Positions 1 through 11,907 of a stretch of 64,000 bases of DNA are shown here, piece by piece (within the stretch, counting starts at the first letter, position 1; the number at the start of each line of letters is the position of its first letter). The stretch spans positions 1 to 64,000 of the forward strand of contig JAHLWZ010000711.1 in assembly GCA_020536535.1 (NCBI GenBank), written 5' to 3'. Origin of the DNA: Pelomyxa schiedti (taxonomy: Eukaryota; Protista; Evosea). The translations under genes and the position numbers were made by a program. Under the pieces are notes generated by a model. The model worked only from the letters and a program-made list of their open reading frames with translations, ran no database searches and was not told where the DNA came from.

Positions 1-572
1 CTGCAAGGATCGAAAATGCAGGCTTGGATCGCCATATGTCATCCACTACGTCTTGCAGAATGGCGCGATTGGTGCGCGTGTCTGCCCATGCCACAAACGT
101 AAGGTAGTTGGCAGTAGAATACGGCACTGTATATTGTAATGTCTCACCCCACCCGTCTGAATTACATCCAACAGAAAACTCTAAGAAAATAAAAGGTAAA
201 AAAATATGAAGCAACTTTGGGTGGCTTGCAACCATAAACTTCCCCCTGAACCAAATCAGTCACTTCCACCAAGTGTGAAGTGGTGAGAGTGCTGGACCCG
301 ACCGTAAAATTTCCACTTAGCCCAGAGTACTTTACATACGACTCACACGATGATGCTTTTCAAGTGAGTGGTCTTCCCCAAGAAACTGACAAAAAAAAAA
401 AACCACAAAAACGAGGAAATGTGAAGTAACTTGTCTGCCACATCAGTGTGAGCGTGGACACAGTTGCATGTTGCCACGTCAGGTGCAACTGCGACGGTGC
501 ACCATAAACGAACGGCAACACAACCGTCACTACAATCAGCCACGTTACACCTTCTCCAAGCCGCCACGCCAT
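1..572 (-). CDS. Secreted purple-acid-phosphatase-like metallophosphoesterase, 5' part (runs off window start)
   Basis: Signal peptide MAWRLGEGVTWLIVVTVVLPFVYG, then APSQLHLTW...LMWQT and HLVEVTDLVQGEVY (PAP N-terminal FN3-like domain). The exon at 1-145 reads YLTFVAWADTRTNRAILQDVVDDIWRSKPAFSILAG (first metallophosphoesterase motifs). Intron-split. Confidence 0.8.
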
Positions 573-694
573 CGCGTTTCGCCGTTTTAATTTGTTGTTG
601 GTTTTTTCCGTGAAGCAATTTTCGCTATTTTGTTTTAGTTCGGGGATCGTGCACCCCTACCCAAAAAAGGAGGCTGGTCACGTGCGGGTTGGGC

Positions 695-993
695 TCAAAG
701 GTCGGTAAGAGACCAGGGATTGCCTGAGAGGCACAGCTGTACCATCTTGAGATATAGGGCTCTGTCCATCTGTGTCACGATCCGTACGTTGGGGGCCGTT
801 TTTTGGGACCAATCAAAGACTGTGGTTCCGCGGCAGAGCCCGGTCCCGGTTTCGACTTGTCCATGCATTTTCAGGGCGTTCTGAGGAATTTTAGAGCGTG
901 TCAGTAGGGCGCGTTGCGAACCGTGACAGAGGCCGGGATGAGTAAGACCGCCGCTGCCACACTGTCACACATAACCCACTCGGGAACGTCGGG
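695..993 (-). CDS. Inosine/uridine-preferring nucleoside hydrolase, 3' end (5' part lost in the N gap); missed by the ORF track
   Basis: Reverse strand reads PEWVMCDSVAAAVLLIPASVT, short intron, then NALKMHGQVETGTGLCRGTTVFDWSQKTAPNVRIVTQMDRALYLKMVQLCLSGNPWSLTDL-stop. This fits the IU-nucleoside hydrolase C-terminal pattern VE..G..RG.TV.D...PNV.V...D. Confidence 0.7.
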
Positions 994-1093
994 NNNNNNN
1001 NNNNNNNNNNNNNNNNNNNNNNNNNNNNNNNNNNNNNNNNNNNNNNNNNNNNNNNNNNNNNNNNNNNNNNNNNNNNNNNNNNNNNNNNNNNNN
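994..1093. other. Assembly gap (100 N)
   Basis: Exactly 100 consecutive N, a typical scaffold placeholder; true length unknown. Confidence 0.98.
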
Positions 1094-1893
1094 ATCTTAG
1101 GAAATCAAGTTCGCGGAAATCTACCTGATCGTTCACCTCGATTTCAAGTCGTTTTCGAGTCCTTATAAGCCCGACACACTCCGACCTTAGAATCACGACC
1201 CAAACCTCATAAATTAAAAAAGTACAAGCCCATAACCAGAAACTACCTTTCTCATTATAGACATCTGGTATGATATCTTTTCCTTGAGCATTCCTGCCTT
1301 GATCAGTCACAGCTGTTGTTGTCGTTGTAGTACTTGTCTGTGGTGGTGGTGGTGGATTCTCCACTTCTTCTTCTTCCTCACCTTGCCTAGGTTGGTGTGT
1401 TGAGTCATCATGCACCTCCACCATTGTATCCCTCCCACTCTAACAGTTAGAAACAAGCAAGATGAATAATGTTTTTCTATTTGACTTTGGTCACAATTAA
1501 ACAATTTTGGTTCAGCTTAAGAGCACACGACTTTTCTCGTGCGGTGGTGCAGTGTTCTGCGGCTAACGTCGTTCGGCGACGCCGTCGTGGATTTCGTTGC
1601 TGTCTCGGCGCGATCCTTGATGTCGGTGCCGACGTGATCAACCCGTGGATTCCATTCTCGCGCATTAGCTTCGCGGCCATCATGTTGATCATCTAAAGTT
1701 CTATTTCTATCCCTACCGCTAACAGTTTTTTTCTTACGTTTTCTGGACGGGTCACAGCATACACGTCCATTGCCCCACGTCTAGAACGTGTTAGCGTGAA
1801 CAACAGCAAGCAAGTTCCACCATCCACTTCCGCAACAACCGGGTACCCAGTGGAAACGTCGGCGACTGGAAGTGTGGAGCGTGGGCAGAGCAA
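1094..1893 (-). other. Unresolved coding-like fragments
   Basis: Open stretches such as MVEVHDDSTHQPRQGEEEEE...SFWLWACTFLIYEVWVVIL and DRNRTLDDQHDGREANAREWNPRVDH...; I could not assemble a coherent gene model or recognise a domain. Confidence 0.3.
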
Positions 1894-1899
1894 CTAGCA

Positions 1900-4130
1900 T
1901 ACAGTCCAATCAACCCACCCGAACATCAACACCCAATCCAAACAACACAAACACAATGGCGCACCGCCGAGGAACAAGCAACAATGGCTTGGGTCCACAA
2001 TACCCAACAAACCATCGCTAATTTCCGCTCGGAAAAACCGTACCCCAATATCTTTAACCTCTTACAATTTGCTCCTATCACATTCGCAAAACTACACCCA
2101 TCCCTCCAGAATGCGGCAATCCCCAAACAAACCTTCACCAAACTACAACGCGCAATAGAACTAGTTAACCAACAACAATACATACAACAACAACTACTAC
2201 TACTACTACTGCAACAACCCTGAGTGCTCACAGACCACAACAATAGCCCAGTTCAACAGACACCTACAACAACTCCTACCTCCGACTCAGGGCTTCCATT
2301 CCCTGAGGGCCCTTCCAGACTAGGACCCCCATCAAGACCCCTTAAACCCAACAACCAAGTTGGGAGAGATCCTTGCTCAGATTCCCCCCAATACTCAACA
2401 AGGCATTCCCTAGTAGAACTACGACGCTTAAACACCCAAGTAAACCCACTTCTCCCATCCAGCTATCTTTTTGCTAGGGCTCCATCAGGACAAGATACAA
2501 GGCAAAACCTGGATGCAGCCCACAATATCATGGATACACTGGGAACAGAATTCCATCTCCGCGTCTACTTCTGCCACTTTGTGACGAAAAAGAAGTTTTT
2601 CTCACTTGCCTTTGAGCCTGACTGCGTCAAAACTAGACCACCATATCGAAGTGGTTGTCAACAACCTTCGGTATACCTTTCTGAACACACGGCCAGAACC
2701 AATTCCTGTATCGTTCATTGTAGACCCCTAGATCATGGGGACAACAACCTCTTGCAGGAGGTATGCCGTACCATTCTGGGCACTTATGGCAGGCTCAAAC
2801 TCAAATCGCGGAAACGCAAGAACCCTAAACCAGAAGCACTTCAACCCCAAGCTCATTCCCAACCCCAGTCATATACTCCAAGAGACCAACCCCACTAACT
2901 CAACCCACCCATCCAATTCCCACTAGTACCAATGCCAACCCAGTAATCTCTGACCACATCAACTACTCCTCCAGCCCTTAAGCCTTTTGACTTTACACCC
3001 CCAGCTCCAATCTTTGATATGTATTGCCAGGCTACAGGAGCAGCCTTGAACTTCCGCAAGACGGAAGTGCTGGCTGCATCTCCCCCGATAGCCAAGGACA
3101 AAATATCGACAGCCTGGCCGGTGCAAACTGTGACGAAATACAAGTACCTAGGAGTTTACATTGGTCACACCACCGCTAAAGTAAGGATTGAACCAATGAT
3201 CAACAAGGCCTGAAGAGAGCTCATACCATTATCCCGAAGGTTATTGGCCTCCAACGGAAAGTATTGGCCGCCAATATCTACATCCAAAAGCAAGGTGGGC
3301 TGTCTACACCCTTGCTGGATATGATGTGGTGGAATGTTGCAACAGCAATATCAGCCTACCGCAATCCCAATCGGCACAACCCCACAAACAAAGACGGCAC
3401 CAGCCCAATTTGGGAGATTGCCCTCATCAAGCATATTCCAGCCCACATGCACACCCACAGACATCTACAGGAGTATCATGCAAGAACACCCCACCAAGCC
3501 ACTACACCACAAACTCCACACAGCCATGAATACTCCACCAATAGAAAGAAACTGGCAAAATTTAGTCAATAGCCTCAACACCCCTGGAATCCCACCTTCA
3601 ATTCGCAATCAAGCCCTCCAAGTAGCCACAAATATGAAACCACTCAATAACCACATGGCTCACCTTTGCGATGTGGCCCCAACTTGCCGCAATGGATGTG
3701 ACTCTCTGGAAACGATGAAGTAGATGTTAAATAAATGCGGCCGTAACTCCAACCTCTGGCGCGAATTATACCTGAACCCCCACGAGATCCTGAATGTAAT
3801 TCCCAACTCGCCGGACTCTGCTATGACAGCAGCAAAAACCCTCGTCGGACTCTACAATTACTACCTCAACACTCCTGCAAGAATTAGCGCGAGTGGAGGT
3901 CCGTTCGGCTTTGGGATTGTCAACCCAAGCCGCTATCCAAAAAGCAGCCCTTGTCCTCCCCAGATACCAGCACTAGACCCACCTTGAACAAACATATAAC
4001 TGCGGCCCTGCCTACAATTAAACCAGTATAACCAGTAACCGCCAAACCTCCGTCAAGCCAAACACACAACAACAAAACATACAGCATCGTGCAAACCAAA
4101 TAACCCAACACAACACCATACACCAATCAT
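1900..4130 (+). mobile_element. Degenerate non-LTR (LINE-like) retrotransposon remnant; recognisable core about 2990-3900
   Basis: FDMYCQATGAALNFRKTE...KYKYLGVYIG...INKA*...LASNGKVLAANIYI resembles the end of the LINE RT and thumb. WQNLVNSLNTPGIP...CRNGCDSLETMK*MLNKC...LW resembles the C-terminal zf-RVT knuckle. Stops and frameshifts, no introns, strongly C/A-rich strand. Outer boundaries are uncertain. Confidence 0.75.
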
Positions 4131-4253
4131 AGCAGATAGAGAATCAATCCCCCAACCCAGAAGAGAGGCCATGTCATGCCACTCTCAAAAAAATGCTGTG
4201 TTTGTATTGGGTTTTTCAGAAACATTGGGGGTGAAAGAACAATTTTGTTTTGT

Positions 4254-5489
4254 TTAGAGGGTGCTGGACACAATTTGGGAGATTCTTCCATTGTGGACTT
4301 CCAACAACAAAATGAGGATATTAGAGCTTTGCTCCCTGACTTCTATTGTGTCGGCAGTTACTACAAACAGGTATCCATTCTCGGCTACAATCTGCTGCCA
4401 TTCAGGTACGCGGGTAACAACTTGAATAGGCCTGGTACTGTTGTCACTGTCCCAGATTTCTATGTTGTGGGTGTCAGACTTCTCAACAAGGAACCTTGAG
4501 GGACTGAGTTGCCATAGAGCTTCAGCAGGGCCTGAGATTACATTTGGAGTACCAGATATTTGGTAAACGTAACCAGCTGACCAGTCGTCGTTTAATGTTC
4601 TTATGAAGTAGGATTCTGGTTTGGAGCAAATATACCCATTGGCAAAGTAATAGTCATCTGCTCCATACCACCAGCGTACATTCTTTACAATTACGGCTTG
4701 GGTTCTGCTGGTCGCATCCATGTCCACAAGATAAAACAACAGTGGAGCATCCTGGACAACTTTAACAACAAGAACAGCTTGGTTCTGAGCTGTTGAATTG
4801 AAGAAGATGGAGGCTTCAAGAAAGGCAGTGGGAAGCTCAGTCATTTTCCCGTTATACAAAAAGGCTGAACCATGTTCTGTGGCAGTGTTGTTGCTGAGGT
4901 TTCCAAGAGTAATCTTTCTCATATTCCAGTCATACAGCATAATCCACCTAGCATTAGCCCCATACACCACAGTGTCCAAAGACTCCCTCAATGCCTCCCA
5001 TTGGCGCCCAGATATGAGATCAGAAACCCAGAAGTTGTGCCTGCCGCCCCCAGCGCGCTTTTTATGGGCTCCCACAATAGCATCGCGCTCCACCCCAGCC
5101 AAGCTGTCATAAAGTACCGGCGGGTTGATTCGTTCCAGCCCTATGGTGCCGAGTGTGCCACTGACGCCAAACTTGACGAGCTTCACCGCCCGCTGCCCCA
5201 TCCTGCCCCTGCTCAGCGACAGACAGAATAACTTGGTGCCGGCGCAGATGGTGCCCCACAGCATCCTGGAGAGGAACCCATTGTCCGCGAAGGTGCGGAC
5301 AAGGGGGCACCGCGCGCCGCAGCGCGGGACGGCGGCGGCGAGGAACGCGCGCATCTGCGCCACCGCCGCGGTGCTGTGGGCGATGATGGTTGTCGGCGGC
5401 GCTGCGTCGCGGCGAGCGTTTGGGCCCGCCTTCTTCCTCCCCTTTGTGACTCGCGGCTTCTTTTGCGGCGGTTGCGGTACACCACTCAT
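4254..5489 (-). CDS. Intronless 411-aa hypothetical protein: basic N-terminus, AFL...PRCG motif, beta-rich C-terminal region
   Basis: Single long ORF with a GC-rich 5' end; NLS-like KKPRVTKGRKK; AQMRAFLAAAVPRCGARCPL; C-terminal short beta-strand-like segments (FLVEKS...IEIWDS, YLFVVTADTIEVRE). Confidence 0.8.
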   Translation of the reverse strand: MSGVPQPPQKKPRVTKGRKKAGPNARRDAAPPTTIIAHSTAAVAQMRAFLAAAVPRCGARCPLVRTFADNGFLSRMLWGTICAGTKLFCLSLSRGRMGQRAVKLVKFGVSGTLGTIGLERINPPVLYDSLAGVERDAIVGAHKKRAGGGRHNFWVSDLISGRQWEALRESLDTVVYGANARWIMLYDWNMRKITLGNLSNNTATEHGSAFLYNGKMTELPTAFLEASIFFNSTAQNQAVLVVKVVQDAPLLFYLVDMDATSRTQAVIVKNVRWWYGADDYYFANGYICSKPESYFIRTLNDDWSAGYVYQISGTPNVISGPAEALWQLSPSRFLVEKSDTHNIEIWDSDNSTRPIQVVTRVPEWQQIVAENGYLFVVTADTIEVREQSSNILILLLEVHNGRISQIVSSTL

Positions 5490-5761
5490 CTATCTACTAC
5501 GTGCTTAATTGCGACTCGGTGTCCCTTGGTTTTTTTTTTTTTTTTGTTGCAAAAAACAAACATCTTTAAATGTTCTCTAATTAGCGACAATCTTAAAACA
5601 ATTTTGGACATGGAGAACGCAATTGTGTTCGTTTGAATTTCGAAAAGCTTAGATCGGGAAGGTGCGGCAAACACGCCAATCCTGGACGACGATTCTCAAG
5701 ACTCAGAGTTCCGGTCTGTTGAACTCAAAAAGTTCCTTTCGTACCTTTCGTATCTGTGGGG

Positions 5762-7573
5762 ATGGACGATTTGTTTAGCGGCGAAGGTGGCGAAGGTGGG
5801 AGATGTGAGCACTGCGACCAGGCAAGCCTAAGGCGCGAAAATCTCAGAGGAAAGTTTCGTGTTTTTTGTGTAAGTGGCCTACGTAACGTGAACATGACAC
5901 GCTTCCCACACAGATCTGTGCCGAGATCCCCCCGTATTGCAATCAAAACTGAGCGTGTGCAGTGTATGCGCGTGCGGTGGTGCCGACGTATGGATCTGCG
6001 TAACTTGCGGGGAGTCTTTTTGCGCTCCGAGTACCTACGCCCATCTCAATTCCCACGTGACCGCTACGATGACTGAAGCGAGCGGAGTTCACGCCATTTA
6101 TTGTTTGCCGTCAACTATGTACCAGGAGCCTGTGTATTGCCATTTCCGCTGCTTCGTGTGCTGCAAAAGCGTCAACTGTGAGGTATCTATCTTGCTAATG
6201 TGGCTGAAATGCGTATCTTGATGTTCATCCCTATTTGTGCGGTGTGGCAACTGTGTACCCGTGTGTCTCTTAGGTATTGGAGAGTATGAGTTCTTTACTT
6301 TTGGATATTGTGCCAAATTGGAAACCACTTCCCCAAAAACTGGATGGAGACATGGAATATGATGAAGCCAAATTCCGGGAGTCTCTTGCTCCTAGAACCT
6401 CAGTCTGTAGTGTAGGGAAAACCTCATTCCTAGTTTTTCATTCGCCTTCTGGCATTTTTTTGTTCTCATTCAAACAAGAATTTCATGGCAGAACCAAAAC
6501 ATACTCTTCTTTGGATGACAGGTCAGGCTCCTGTTCCTGGCCCTTTGGGTCAGCCTGAATTCATCTTGAAGGACAGAAAGTCTTATGAAAACAGACAGGT
6601 GGTTCGGCAGTCACTAAGTTTTTGTATTCAGTCACTTGGCATACAACCACAAACCTTGTTGTATGTATCAAATATGGGAAGGGGTGCTGATGTCTTCGGT
6701 GTCATTCCTGCAACCTCACTTGAATTCTCAACACACAATGAGGGTATTTTGTGCATTGTCTATTCAGCACTCCTCTTTTCCTCACTCTACATAGTTGTTG
6801 TTATAGGCGCCCATTGTGATAGCGTGTCTTGCCCTGGTGCCGATGATAATGGCAGTGGTATCCATACTGTTTTCCCTCTTCATTGTTCACACCGTTTTTA
6901 AAGGTAGTGCTGCTGTTCTACAGATCGCAGATGCTGTTGTTCGTATGAGAATACGTACGGTACCTCTCAGCCTGTAGTTTATCCTTCTCCAACAGTTTGG
7001 CGTAGCGTGCCACCTTGATTGTATTTTTTGACCAAGAGGAGTGTGGACTCGTTGGAAGTCGTTACTTTGCCAGGTAGGTGGACATTTTGTTGTTATTCCA
7101 ACTTTTCATGAAGATTTTTGCATAAAGTGGAAGCGTTGTCAAAAATCCATAGTGTTCACACAGTTGATATGATTGGGTATCTTTCTTTTTTTTTTTGGAT
7201 ATTTCCAATGGTTGAACCAAGATACAACTATAAGTGGCAGATAGCTCTGTTCAACCCACACCCGGATCTTATAGAGATGTATACACACACCTACGCGGAG
7301 CAGGACCCAAGACTTAAAGTTTTACCCCACACACTCGCCGGAATTTCTGACTTCCTCAGCTTTCCTGGTGTGCCATTATTCCCTTTTCAACATGCTCACA
7401 CCCCTCCAGATTTTGTATGCACTGGCCTAGGAGAGCCCAAGCTTGACTCCGGCACCGTCTCCAATCCCAATCACCACAAGCCAACTGACACCATCGAGAC
7501 CATTGACTTTGACTACCTGCATGCCAACATTTCCCTTGTGTTAGCTGTGGTATCGTCCCTTCTCGCACCCTGA
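5762..7573 (+). CDS. Putative zf-UBP zinc finger - M28 metallopeptidase fusion protein (multi-exon)
   Basis: N-terminal CEH...CSVC...VWICVTCGESFC...HLNSH...H...VYCHFRC (zf-UBP pattern). In-frame introns at 6183-6273 and about 6403/6412-6478 lead into the M28 domain with GAHCDS, PGADDNGSG, FFDQEECGLVGS, VDMIG and NHHKPTDTIETIDF. The first intron donor is ambiguous. Confidence 0.75.
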
Positions 7574-7757
7574 AGATTTTGTACGAGATTTTATATGTGG
7601 TAACCTCTAAAAAAAAACCCATATGAACACATTGCACCTCTTTAAGTCCCATTTGCCAACTGACATTGTACTGGATAGAGCACACGCAGTACCAACATCT
7701 CATTAAAATCTTAAATTTTCGGCCTTTGAACCACAAATTCTAATAGATTGGTGATTG

Positions 7758-9038
7758 ATGAGCGGCGGAGCGGTGCCGACGTCGTCAGGGAATGCAGCGG
7801 CCACCACAACAACTACATCGACGACGACTACAACGTCCTCTTCGGCGGTTGCGAGGCCCCCGCCGCCGAAATTAATTATGGCACGGACGGTGGGAAAGCC
7901 AAAAAAGAGGAGGGGCTCCGTGTGGCTGGGAAAAGTCCCAAAATACCTACTGGAAGGTACTGCACGGCGTTTGTTATATCTTGAACCAATCTTCTCTAAG
8001 TCTCATTGTCCACACTAAACTAAAACTACAATTTGTTTGAATAAGAGTGGAAACAACTGGACCAGGGGAAACCGTTGGGATATTTGAGGTGCCCAAAGCC
8101 TGGTACAGCAGCTTATTCGGAGTTGGAACATGCTACTGCATCCGCTGATGTGAGATTTGACCCTGCTGCGCCAAAGCCGCCACCTGGATTGTCCGTGAAA
8201 GGCGAACCGAATTATGGGACATCTTCCATGAACGAAGACACTTCAACAGATGTCACTTTCTTCAGGTCATTTGGCATTTATTGAGTTTGAAGTTAGGTTC
8301 AAAAGTATTATGTGGAAATGCCTGGGCAAAGAAAATTTCCTGTCACTTTGGTACCTTTGACGGTTCCCACATATGTATTATTGGAGACTGCGAGAGGTAG
8401 AATAGTTACCCCTTTTGAAAGGAAAACACACCTAACAACGAAAATAGGTGAATTTTGCTTGGAAGGCATCGTGGACAAAAGGTGTGATATTCAGACTTCC
8501 ACCCTGGACGAAGCAAGCCGCTTTTGCCGGGAAAGGAAAGAGAAATTATTTGAGAGAGCACACAATCCCTTAAAGTCATCAATACGAATTTCTACGGATG
8601 ATATCAAGCCTGGCCATACTGAGATAAGATTAATCGATACCATCCCTACTGTGAGTAATCCAAAACAAAATACCAAACCAAGTCACATGCATTCAGCCTG
8701 AAAAGGAAAAAGGAGACAGGAATGCGCGCATGGAATATAACGCACTTGTTGAGTATGGCAACTCCCTTGAATATGTTTACTCTTAACAAACACATTTTAG
8801 GATTTTGTTTCACCTGTTTGAAGAGAAGCCAAACTGGGATGTTGCTACTTTAGCGGCAAAAACTGAACAACCCAAGGTACCGCTGTGTACAGTTAACGGC
8901 CTTTCCCTAACTGAGAATTCACAGGCCTATGTCAAGGAGGTACTTTCGAATATCGGTGATTATGTGAAGTCGGGAGTGTCCCGTGGAACCTACCAGCTCA
9001 AACCACAGTACGCAGTGCACAAACCATCCAGCAGCTAG
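7758..9038 (+). CDS. GTF2F2: Transcription initiation factor IIF beta subunit (RAP30)
   Basis: N-terminal RGSVWLGKVPKYLLE motif; C-terminal winged helix MFHLFEEKPNW...TEQP..AYVKEVLSNIG...GTYQLKPQY; intron-split. Confidence 0.9.
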
Positions 9039-9342
9039 GTGACAAGAATCAATAATTGAGGTGGACAGTATCCCCCTCAATCAGTAGTATGTTTGTAACA
9101 ATTCACCTCCTTCAAACAACAAGGGAACCCAACCAACCCTCTTATTGGCTTTTTGCCCAGTTCCTAGAACTTTCATGGATTCTTCCCACGTGACGTGTGT
9201 CACGCAAACCACAAACTTGAAGTCCCACCACCACGTAACGTGGGGAAAAGCAATGAAAAAAAACACAGAATTCAAAGAACCAAATTTCACAAGTTACAAT
9301 TCATCACAAATTTGCTTGAATCGTCAAAAACCGACAGGCAGC

Positions 9343-10561
9343 ATGCGGCGCTCGATTTCATTTGTACTTGTAGTGGTGGGGCTGTGTTTGTGCTCGGTCA
9401 GATGCTCCATACTTGTGGGAGACGCCATGGGCCCTGACAGAATATACACCCTCGACACTTCCACGTCACCTGCAACTGTGAACTTCGTGTGAGTCTTTTT
9501 TCTTTCTTGTTTCACAGATAACAACAACAAACAAAACTTCCAATGGGCCACATGTTAACTGGATTGGCAGGTACACAATTACTTCACCAGACAATGGAGC
9601 ATACTATGTAAGCGGGTGTGTGGATAGCCCAGCTGGAATGGCTCGGCTTCTGTTCCACAATTCAACTGCTTGTACATCATGCTACCATATCTTATCTGTT
9701 GACCTCTCCTCTGGAATTGCCACCAAAGGGTGAGCTCTTCCCTATCATTTTGATGGTGATAAATAACACAATACCCAAAGGACCCAATTTTCACTTCCAG
9801 ACCAACTGCACACAACAGAGGTGAAGTGTGACTCTGGATTCCACACGGTGATATTGATGCACTTCCCGGAGGATTACATGTCAATGACGTTGTACAGCGT
9901 CACACCAGACTCTGGGGAATTCTCCCAGGTGGCGTACTTCACATGCGGTGCTGAAATAAGTATCATGTATGGTGTCAACTACTGTCTCGGCTCTGTTCTT
10001 ACGGTCTCCCTTTCTCTTTACTAGGAATGGTGGGCAAGTCTATGACAGTGAATACCACACATATTACATTGAAAACTTTGTTGCACAGAGACCCCTTCAA
10101 CGCGAATACTGGTTTGCCACCATTGTGATCAACATTCAAGACGGTTCCTCACAGTATGTTCCCTACAACAACTCGGGATTCATGTTCGAGGTTCAACACC
10201 CCAACGTCGTCGAATTATTCTTACATCCACACCCGCAATTCCCTCCCTTTGAATGCAGGACCCAGCTCTGACTCTACAAACTCACACAGACAATATCTTC
10301 GTTGGCGTGAATGTCTTCATCGATGACCCAATGTCAGCCCTCACATACTTTGATTACATGGACGACACATACACATACCCCGGGGAGAAACAATCACAGG
10401 TATACACATGGGCCGTGGGAAGCACCACCGACTACGAGTACCTCTATCAACTGGGAGACCCTATTTCACTACGGGCATGGAACGTGGAATCTGGTGCCAT
10501 CACCACCTTGCGGGTCTCATCCATCTTCACACCAAACACCTTCTTTAGCTTCTACAAGTAA
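9343..10561 (+). CDS. Secreted beta-rich protein of unknown function, tandem paralog A
   Basis: Signal peptide MRRSISFVLVVVGLCLCSVRC; exons such as RYTITSPDNGAYYVSGC...YHILSVDLSSG and QVYDSEYHTYYIENF; colinear with 10687-11907. Confidence 0.75.
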
Positions 10562-10686
10562 CACCAACTGTAATACAAGCCAATGGTTCATAGACCTGTT
10601 TTGTTTTTTCTTCTTCAAATCAACGACCTTTGCCGTTGATGTAACATTCTTGTAACCCGAAAAAAAAAACCGCCGTCTCAGCAGCA

Positions 10687-11907
10687 ATGTTTCGCCAGTG
10701 TCTTGTAGTGGGACTTGTGGTGCTTGGAGTGTTCGCTCCTTTAGTTCAATGCTCGATTCTGGTGGGAGACTCAATGATCCCTGAATACCGAGTATACAGC
10801 CTCGATACTTCAACATCGCCAGCAACTGTGACATTTTTGTTAGTGTCCTTCCTTTTATCTTCCAACTTATCTCAGGAGACTGCACGGTCCCCATGTGAGT
10901 CTTTTTAACCCTGGGATAGGTACACAATTGCCTCTCCAGACAGTGGGGCCTACTACGGAAGCGGGTGCGTTGACAGCTCAGCGGGAATGGCTCGACTTCT
11001 GTTCCGCAATTCCACAGATGGCGAATCATATTTCTATTATATCTTATCTGTTGACCTCTCCTCTGGAGTTGCCACAAAAGGGTGAGTTTCTAATCCTCGC
11101 ATTAGATCGAATGGCAATAGCTAATTTCCTCAAGTGCCCAATTTTCAACACCAGGAGAACTAAATACAGAAGATGTGAAGTGTGACTCTGTATTCCACAC
11201 AGTGATATTGATGCTCATTTCTGATGATGCCATGTCACTTACTTTGTACAGCGTCACACCAGACTCCGGAAATATAACGCTGGTTGCTTTTTACACATGT
11301 CAGAACGAGATCAGTCTCTCGTGCGTGTGGAATTTTTTCCATTTACTTTTTTGACTAATTCCCTGTGTTATGTTAGATATGGTGGGCAGGTCTACGACAG
11401 CACTTACCACATGTATTATATCCAGAACTTTATTTGGCAGAGACCCGGTAGGAGAGAATATTGGTACGCCACTCTCGCAATCAGCACTCAGGACGGTTCT
11501 GTGCAATACATTCCCTACAACGTCACAGGCTTTGAGTTTGAGGTTACTATCCAAGTTCGGTAAATGGCAACCGCATTCTGATACTCTCCCATTCGCAGGA
11601 TCAGGCCCTTACTCTCCAGACTCACACAGCCAACCAGCTTGCCGGAGTGAATGTTTTCATTGATAACAGCGGGTGGCAGCTAACTTACTTTGACTTTGCA
11701 CACAGCACATACACCTATCCTGGTGACAAATTCAGATTCTCTGGGGGTGTGTGGTCCGTAGGCAGTGCAACAGACTATGAATTCCTCTACGAAATGGGTG
11801 ACCCCAACATTCTACTTTCATGGGACCTGGACTCTGGGGCACTCTCCATTTCCCGTCTAACACAAAGCTTCACACCACACAGCTTTTTGAACTTCTACAA
11901 GTACTAG
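10687..11907 (+). CDS. Secreted beta-rich protein of unknown function, tandem paralog B
   Basis: Signal peptide MFRQCLVVGLVVLGVFAPLVQC; SILVGD...YSLDTSTSPATV, YYILSVDLSSG, QVYDSTYHMYYIQNF and terminal SFLNFYKY are shared with paralog A. Confidence 0.75.

Noticed and set aside
891-1424. 177-aa ORF spanning the N run
   Set aside because: Artefact of translating through an assembly gap of unknown length.
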